Part shown: positions 55,537-64,000 of the stretch, piece after piece
How positions within the stretch are numbered: the first letter of the stretch is position 1
Layout of the letters: the number at the start of each line of letters is the position of its first letter
Assembly: GCA_964035545.1 (NCBI GenBank)
Contig: OZ037766.1
Span: forward strand, 27,945,673-28,009,672
Direction: 5' to 3'
DNA length: 64,000 nucleotides
From: Bugula neritina
Lineage: Eukaryota; Animalia; Bryozoa
The notes under the pieces: generated by a model
The model's database searches: none
Seen by the model: only the letters and a program-made list of their open reading frames with translations
Told to the model about the DNA's origin: nothing
Translations under genes and position numbers: made by a program

Positions 55537-57383
55537 ATGGCGTCAGTTAAAGATGCAAACTTTTCAATGGTGGCAAGAGAAATAGCCCTATGCATTGTGT
55601 CTTCTGTTATTGAAGAACCAAGTCTAATATATAACTATACACGTTCTCATGAGTTGCATCAATTAAAATGGTTTAAAAAAAGAGCACAAGGGGCACTCAA
55701 CTCCGGTGAGTAGAACCATAAAAACCAGTAATATTAAGTATATAATATACTATAGTCAAGTAACAGGCTTTATAATGCCATATATTTACAGTATTAAGCC
55801 TTATGTCATATTTTGTGTGAGCTGAATTGGTATATCAGCAGTATATATATGTTTAAATACCTGGCCCATGCAACTGCATGATTATATTTGAGCATGGTTT
55901 ATATATATATAACATATTAACATATTACATATGATTATACAATATAATGGAACACAACAAATTATTAAAGTATAATATTATACTGTACCGTAGTATATTA
56001 TAATGATGAAATAGGTAGCATAATTGTTATTGTATTAATTACTGATTATAAAAACAACTATATTATTTGAATACTTAAAATTTTCATTCATTTATGTAAA
56101 TTGACATTATTTTCTTTCAAACAGCAAACAACCCAACCAGAATTTTGAATGATGAATTCATAGCAATCAAACATGCAGAAACAATGCAGATACTGACTGA
56201 AAATAAAATGGAAGTACCAAAGCTTAATTTTGAGCCTAGACTTGCAGGTAGGAAAGTCATGTATTAGTATATTTTACTGACTTCTCTAGAAAATAATTGT
56301 AAATTAATAAAGCATTTCATTTAACCTCATTTATAATATGCACCTGCTTGTGAAGAGTTAAATGTGTTTGAGTAAAAAATGAAAAAAAATTAACACAACA
56401 TTGTATTCTTTTATAAAAAAAATATTGACCAAGTATAACTGTAATTAATTAAAAAGTTATGCAGTAAAATTCCTTTAAAAAGTGCAAATATTTGACTGAG
56501 TATTGTTTCTTTGAAATAAACGTTTTTTTCGGATTAACATGTATAAGTATTAGTATAAGTTCCATCTTCAAATAGCCTACTTATGAACATTTGATGTAAA
56601 AATCTTTATATTTTTCAATGTAATTTCAATGCTATTTATTGGTTTTTAGAGTATGCCTACTTTTTACTTAGACATATAGCTAAAAGTATCATTTTAATAA
56701 AATAATTAAGAATAACTATAACAAAATGGTTGACTATGGCTATTATATTTTAAAATATGCTTGCTTCTTTATAAATACTTACTATGTGTTTTATATATGA
56801 CATTAGGCATATCAATTGTTTGCAAAAATTATTGGTTTGCAGTCTTGGTAAATTTTATGTTATATAACATTAGGCTATTAAAAGAACCATGATATGTAAT
56901 TAGTACACTATATTATTTTATTACATTTAGAGTATTTCATACAACAGCTAAGAACGTACAAAGAGAATAGATGGAGTGCCATATCTATCTTATTCCAGTT
57001 GGTATATAACCTAGCTGAAGATATTCTAAGTGCAGAGTTTGAATGCAAGCAGCTAGGGTATTGTGAAAGCATAGTTGAAGCTGTTTACATAGCGCTAAAC
57101 AATAGTTGCCTACCACAGGTGTTGAAGTCTTGGGTGAGTTATTTACTAGGAATAATAGTTATTTAGTAGGTTTTCAAGGGAATCTAAAGCAATTACTGTC
57201 ACTTTTGAATTTGTAACTATATACAGTTATTTTATTCAAAGTTTCAACTCAGTCAGCAAAAAAAACACACAAAAATAATATGATTTTTAAAGATCAGAAG
57301 ACCTACAGCTTTTTTATTATTATGTAAACAAAATGTTCAAACATGTTAATATACTTTTGCAGGAATGTTATGATTCGTTGTAA
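55537..57383 (+). CDS. Spliced gene, paralog 2 of the triplet
   Basis: Exons 55537-55705, 56125-56247, 56931-57133, 57363-57383. Same intron phases (1,1,0) and a 123-nt second exon as in paralog 1. Confidence 0.6.
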
Positions 57384-58947
57384 GGATTTGATACGATATG
57401 AAGAACATCTTTTGATGGATTAATAATGTTTGGTATTTGACCTATGGTGCTTGCAAGTGCTACATTCTTGCTTCCTACACAATGCTAAGTTTGCCAACAT
57501 GTGGATTTGTCAACGTAAATTTATAGAATAAAATTATTTAATGGAAACTTAAAAGTGTTTCTATATAGTTAAAATTGATATCCCAACTTTATTTTTTTGC
57601 AATTACAATGCATCAGATATTTGTTAACTCAATAAAAACATAAAAAACATGTTATATATAGTTTAAAACGCAAGGGCTATTACATTTTAGTTAGCATTTT
57701 ACAACAAAAAATAACTTAAAAATATCTATAGCATATAAAAAATGTAAATAAAAGAAAGGAAAAAAATCACCTTTACCTATAGATGAAGCAATAATTCCTC
57801 AGCAATTATAATTAAAAATTGACCATTTAAAAATTAATTTTATTTATAAAACTTATTAATAGGTTAATTTATTATTGCGTATAAACACTAAAATTTGTTA
57901 AATATATATGACATTGAATAAATAAATTGAAATGAGAAAGTCACGATGCAAGCAATCCCAACAATAATACATTGTTACAGCAGCTAGCACAAACTTGAAA
58001 TGTTAACCATTACTATACTTGAGCCATTTAATTTGCAAATGCACTCAAACAATTAAAATAGCTGTTATAAAATTAAGGAAAGCACATATTACACAATCAT
58101 TACACCAATTGTCATAGTTGTACCTTATGAATTTTTCAACTTGAAAAAGATAATATTAATCATTAAAATTGTTTTTTATTTACAGAAAATGCAACTAATT
58201 TTTTTGACTTTTATAAAAATATTTTATAATTTTTTGAAAGAAACCATGCTCCTTTAATGGTATTTGAATTATGAAAGATGAAATTGTGAGTGATCTTTAA
58301 ATAAGTAAAACACTATAAAGCATTCGTAATTCTTATCCAAGGTAGGAATAATCAATCATAATATTGCAATTTTTCGAGCCTTTTTTTGCATATGTATTAT
58401 ATTTATAGTCTATTTAGATGTTATAAGCAAACTACAATTAAAATAACTATGAATTTATAACTGGATATCCCTAAATGAGACAACGAAACTGTTGAGTTGG
58501 GAAAAAAGTTTATTTAATAGATTTAATAAATTTATACTAACAAGTATTTAAAGTTATAAAAATATAATATAGTCTAAGCAGTTTTATAGCAATTAGATAT
58601 AAAACAGATATGCATGTAAAACTAAAAATAGATAAATGCTATGTCTAGTTTTTCCCAGCACCAAACAATTTTTGAAGTTAAATTTTTTGTTAAATGTCAT
58701 TATATATATAAATAAATATACAGTTAGCAGTGTCATGTAATTAGGCAAATTAGAGAAGTTTTAAATAATTCGGTAATGAAGTTACACTATCAGCTATAGC
58801 TGCACATAGTTTATCAATTTATTTCAAAGCTAAAATGAAGAAATCGTGAACATATATACTTATTGGATACATTACCAGATGGTATAAGCTGTGCTATATG
58901 CTATATATGTGTGTATATACATTGTTTTAGGTATATCTTCAGCAAAC

Positions 58948-61900
58948 ATGTTGGAGCAGTGCAATTGTGCTACATACCTGGATTATCATGGAAATAGTGT
59001 AAGTCTGCATTAAATTTGTCATGTAAATAATATGACTACTTTTTTAAGTTTGCATTATGCAAATATAATATTTTTCATTTAATGTTCGGTACCAGTTGCA
59101 TGGAAGCTTAGGCTACTGTGCTCTGGAATTAAATTTAAATTGATATTGGGTGTACAAAATTGATAATAATATCAACACTGCATGGTAATTCTAAGTTGGA
59201 AGCTTGGTCTTTTTGTAAAGCTTCTTTGCATGTAGCTTATAGTTATCTGGTATTTGAAGTTGTCTTACCTTGTATGTTGTGCTGATAGAAAATGATTTGA
59301 TTACAATATTTTTTGTCAACTTAAGACATACGTCTATATATAGTTATAAAATAGCTCTATAGTTAGTCGAACACTAGTACTATTTGTTTTTTCTCACTGT
59401 AATATTAACATATCATTCACTGATTTAAAACACATATAAGCAATATAATTGAATGTATAAATGCATTTGATTAGATAAGAACAGACAGCATATAATTTTT
59501 CAACTTTCAGCATCATAAAAAAGCAGAGAATTTAAAAGATTAGCTTAAAAATATCTAAACAAAACTGCCATGAGTTTTCATGCCGAAAATAATCATATTG
59601 AGATCAGCAGGAAATGAAATGATTATCTATATAGTATTATTTTATTTTTATGAAGAAAAATGCATCAGTTTTGTTGTCATTTTTAAAATGATAGTTTTTG
59701 ATGATATAAAACTGTCAATGCTTATATTTATAAATGTGCATTTTAGACTTAATTATATATTTATAAAGGTAGATCAAGCAGAATCTTCCAACAACCCTCG
59801 GAAAAGCATCATATCCGAATGTGGAAGTGAAACAGCCTCTGCATATAAACATCTCAGTTTTGCTTCTGTAGTTAGAGAGATGGGCTTAAAAATAATTGCA
59901 AAATCAGTAAATGATGAATCTCTTTTACCAAGACTTTCCAAATTTATAGAACTCCATGGGAACAATGAGTATAAACGTAGAATGGACATAGCTTCAAAAC
60001 TTGGTGAGTATAAATTATCAACTAGTCGACTTTGACAGTGGTATAATTTCCTACTAAAGCTAAAAAGTAATAAAATTTTATGAAAAAACATAAGTTTCCC
60101 ATGTTACATAAGTATTTAATGTTTATCAGATTTAAATTCCCGTGAATGCCAAAAGCACCTTCTTAAATTCCCTCAATTAAATAAAGTATATATTATATTA
60201 TATTGCTAACATGAAATCTCAGGTTTAAAAAATAACTTTAAGTTAGACTGGAAAAGGGTCAGTCTAAGAAATCTGAATCTTTTGTTGCATAAAAGCTACT
60301 TAACCTTAATAATGTGACTGATATTACCAGCAATGTCAACCGGCATTCATTTGAATATTAGAAATTAACATAATTATGTTATAAACATCTGTTAATATTT
60401 TTAGCATCAGAAGGTGAGAAACAGATTTCGCATGACAAGCAGTGGTATATACAGATGCTGGTGTTTAGAATCTTTGATCACTACCAAACGCAATGCACTA
60501 GCCTAAAATCTCTATTTGACAAACTGTATGGTAAGGGCATGTACATGTGTACCCTAGTTAACCTACAAGGAGAGTGATATTTTCCAAAACTAAAATCGCT
60601 TTGAATAACAAATTTTAAGTTGAAATGAGTTTGAAAATAATATACCATGCAAATAAAAATACATGTTAATGAAGTTTATGCATTCAATTCCTGACTATAT
60701 AATAATTGATAATTGGTAGTATGTGTATACTATAATTATTGATGACAACTTAGCAATTCTTTTTTCATATTTCATGCCAATATTACTTAATCTTATAAAT
60801 TATTTAATTTCATGTTTTTGACTTATGCAGGAAAAAAATCAAAACAAAGTTTGTGATTAAAGATTTGTAATTTCAAATGAGAGAAAAGATAAATCACATT
60901 TCCCATTAGTGGCTATATTTCTGAATTATAAAATTATTATTTTTTTGATTACAAAAAAAACAATTAATGATAAAATGACTGCATATATGTAACTTTAAAA
61001 AAAAACTAGTTTTTTCACGATAATTTCAAAATATAGGCATCAATAAGTTAAACAATATCTTGTTCTTCTGATTACATTTTATTGTATTCACATGGTATAC
61101 AGAACTGATGTTGCATCTTGTGACCAAGGCCACAGACGTTCATGGCGGACCCTCCATGACGAGTCTCTTCTTCATGTTTGAGGTCTACGCCCAGACAATC
61201 TTGCAGAGTGTAGATTCAGCAGAGGAGAGGCTGAAGCTGTACGATTGTGTACTGGACTCTTGCTTCTACTCATTTGAGAGACTTCATTTAGAAGAAAAGA
61301 TAGGATCCTGGGTAAACGACTGTTTTTGATATCACAAATACATTTTCTTGCTACGTACTACTATAAACACTTGCCATGGTTCAATTTGCATATTTTATTA
61401 CAATAAAATTATTTTTTTATTGAAATTTGCCATCGTTTCATTGCTAAGCAAGAGGGAATAAAGTATGACATTAGTTTTTAACAGTCTCAAACACCTAATG
61501 TAATTTATACTAAAATTATATAGAAGAATAAATGTTATAAGCAGTTTAAAAAAAACTGTCATGTCCTTAAGACTTATACAGTAATACCTTATAAGTTATT
61601 TCTACATAGAAGTAAAGATTTTACTAATATAATGCTAAGTTATAGTCCATGTTAATCAACTTGTTATGTAAAATGTTATCGTTGTTGTGACGGAGAATTC
61701 TAAAACATCCATTGTGATTCTCATAATAACCTAAATTTTTTAGTTGCAATTATACTGATCTTTAGTTGGTACTTTTTTCCTTTTAAAGAAACTTGCTAAC
61801 AGCTTTAGGATTATGTTTATTACGTGAATATTGCCTGAAACACAACAATCATGTGAGATAGTTGTATATACGGCAGGCAAGGGGTATGCCAATATAAATA

Positions 61901-62447
61901 GTCAGCTTGATTATATGTATGATATTCAAGATTTGGATAGTAGATGCAATGCTTATATAACTACTGATTACTTTAGCCTAGTTAAACTTAAGCTCTGTTG
62001 CAAGTAGCAACAACTTTTACTGTACCATTTTAGAAAAAATCTGCCTCAAAGTCTTCAATAGCAGATCCAAATTATGGAAAACAGCTGAAAATTGAGAATA
62101 AGCCTAGCAGACAATCTCCTGTTGCTGGTGAAGTCTTGCCAAATACCCAAGTTGTTGCCTGCACCAAAACACCACCAAAAGATGGTTTGCATGTCTGTGG
62201 CAAAGCTACACCAAATATTCAGTCTGACACATGTGGCAAATCACCCCCTAGCTCAGGTCTTCATGCCTGTGGTAAAGTTCCTCCAGGGTCAAAAGGAGGA
62301 GGGGCTTGTCCAGAGTCTGGGAAATTAAAAGTCTCTCTTATGCCATTGCCTCCCCAAGATCCAACCCCTTGCAAAGTAATTCCTGGGGGAAAGCCAATTA
62401 AACAAAACACTGCATCATACAACATGCTAAAAACTCAACCCAAGTAA
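58948..62447 (+). CDS. Spliced gene, paralog 3 of the triplet, with a Pro/Cys-rich C-terminal tail
   Basis: Exons 58948-58998, 59769-60003, 60405-60530, 61103-61311, 62034-62447 are all phase-consistent. Confidence 0.65.
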
Positions 62448-64000
62448 GAATACTAAATAAGATAAAAACATTTCTTATACTAGTTACAAGCTAAAAACAA
62501 GTTTGGTAAACAAAAATAAGCAAATATATTTACAAAGTTCTGCAATGATGTAATGCAGTATTTACTTATCTGGTTTTACATATCAATTGCTGTTAATTTT
62601 TGATGGTTGTATACTCACAATATTGTATTATAGATTGAACCAGAAGCAATCTATTGTCTAGTTTAAATGTTTTTTTATGACATCAAAATATTGAAATCAC
62701 TAAATTTTCAGAAACAAGACTATTATAATTTTAACCTGCCATTGGTAAAGACATGCAATCTTACTATATGTCAAGCGTAAAATTAGCACTTCAAATTTTT
62801 TTTATTCAAATGAAAGTTTCTTAGGCAGTACTACTAAAAAAAGTGAAAAAATATAAACTTGTATAAAGTTATGTATTGGTTTGCAAATTACATGTATAAC
62901 TTACAATTATTGCTATAAATTTTAAAATTATCTTTTCAAATTGAAACTCTTTTTAGCAAAATGTGAATTTGTGAAATATTTAGCTTAAAAAAATAAAAAA
63001 AATTTAGTAAAGCAACAGAAGTATTTAGAGGACTTTCTCGATTCACAATGCAAATAAACCACATTATTCAAGAAATAGTTTTTTTTGCTACGCTTTTTTT
63101 GTTTTTTTTTAGAAACAAGAAATGTGTAAGAAGATTTAGTCTTCAGTAAACTGAGTACTGGTAATGATTTGAATTATTTCTTTTAAAGAGCTACTGCATC
63201 AAGCAATCAAAATGAATGCGTAATCTGATATCTTTCATATAATTTTAACGTCAAAAGAAATATATTTAAAATAAATTTATTACTAAAACTTATAAAAAAA
63301 ATTTTTATTTCATTTATACAGATACTAAAAAACATTTTTGCATTTTTAATAATTGCAATCTTGTTACACCATATATGTAATGCGTATACATGCAGCCAAT
63401 TTAAAATTACACAAGACACAATTAAATTAATTGCTTATTGTAAACAGAAGTAAACTCACAGAGTTTTAGTATCGGCAAGTGTTAAGTTATACATTTGTTT
63501 TAAAATGCATGTTATTATTCAAAAGGTAAATGTATCTTAAAACCACAAGTTACGTAGAAAAAAGTAGTAAATATTCAAAAACAAGAGTTGACAACATAGC
63601 TCTTAAAGTTACAGTTTATAGCCATTAATTCTTTTTTAAGTGCAGAAACTTGATCTGGATCTAGTTGAAAATGAGTGAGAGTGAGAAATTACAGTAAAAA
63701 ATAAAAGATGCATATAAAATGCAAATAAACAATTCTTTGATAATTTTTCAAAGTTTAATTATAACTTAGTTTGAAATTATTTCATCAAGTTTAGCAATGC
63801 TATGAGATTGCCTGGTGATAGAAATTGCAAAGCAGCATGCAGGTATAATTAGGCTATATAGCTTTGATTATGATTGCGGTAACGTCCTACTATTATAGGA
63901 ACAGGTCGTTAGCTACAAAACCCTAATGTTTAATATATTCATGTTTGAATAAACACAACAGCTGCAAGCATGCAACTGCAAGCTAGTGTTTCCTGCATGG

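Overview
AT-rich animal (invertebrate-like) genomic DNA with spliceosomal introns. Host genes: an 11-exon DEG/ENaC channel (4292-30121, minus), a 12-exon phenylalanine hydroxylase (35192-46120, minus), three tandem spliced paralogs with Bcl-2-like features (50584-62447, plus) and a possible small secreted peptide (972-1145, minus). Intron 6 of the channel holds an apparently recent 14.8-kb Polinton/Maverick endogenous virus (8636-23458). It has 541-bp TIRs and encodes pPolB, a PLA2-integrase fusion, an ATPase, a protease, major and minor capsid proteins, core proteins and fiber-like proteins. It sits in a (TA)n tract between a hammerhead-ribozyme retrozyme copy and an inverted Penelope fragment that carries its own hammerheads. 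The most unusual observations concern this element. Each end is a 114-nt imperfect hairpin. Almost every gene starts at TAAATG, with head-to-head genes only 12 bp apart. An AAAATTGA-type motif precedes the polymerase, and hairpins lie at transcription-unit ends. Together these suggest, as an inference only, transcription by a poxvirus/giant-virus (NCLDV)-type machinery and a virophage-like lifestyle in an animal. Also present: tRNA-derived SINEs, a PIF/Harbinger MITE, a deleted pogo-like transposon, a perfect 282-bp palindrome and minisatellites that duplicate splice sites. All calls come from reading the sequence by eye; no database search or folding calculation was run.
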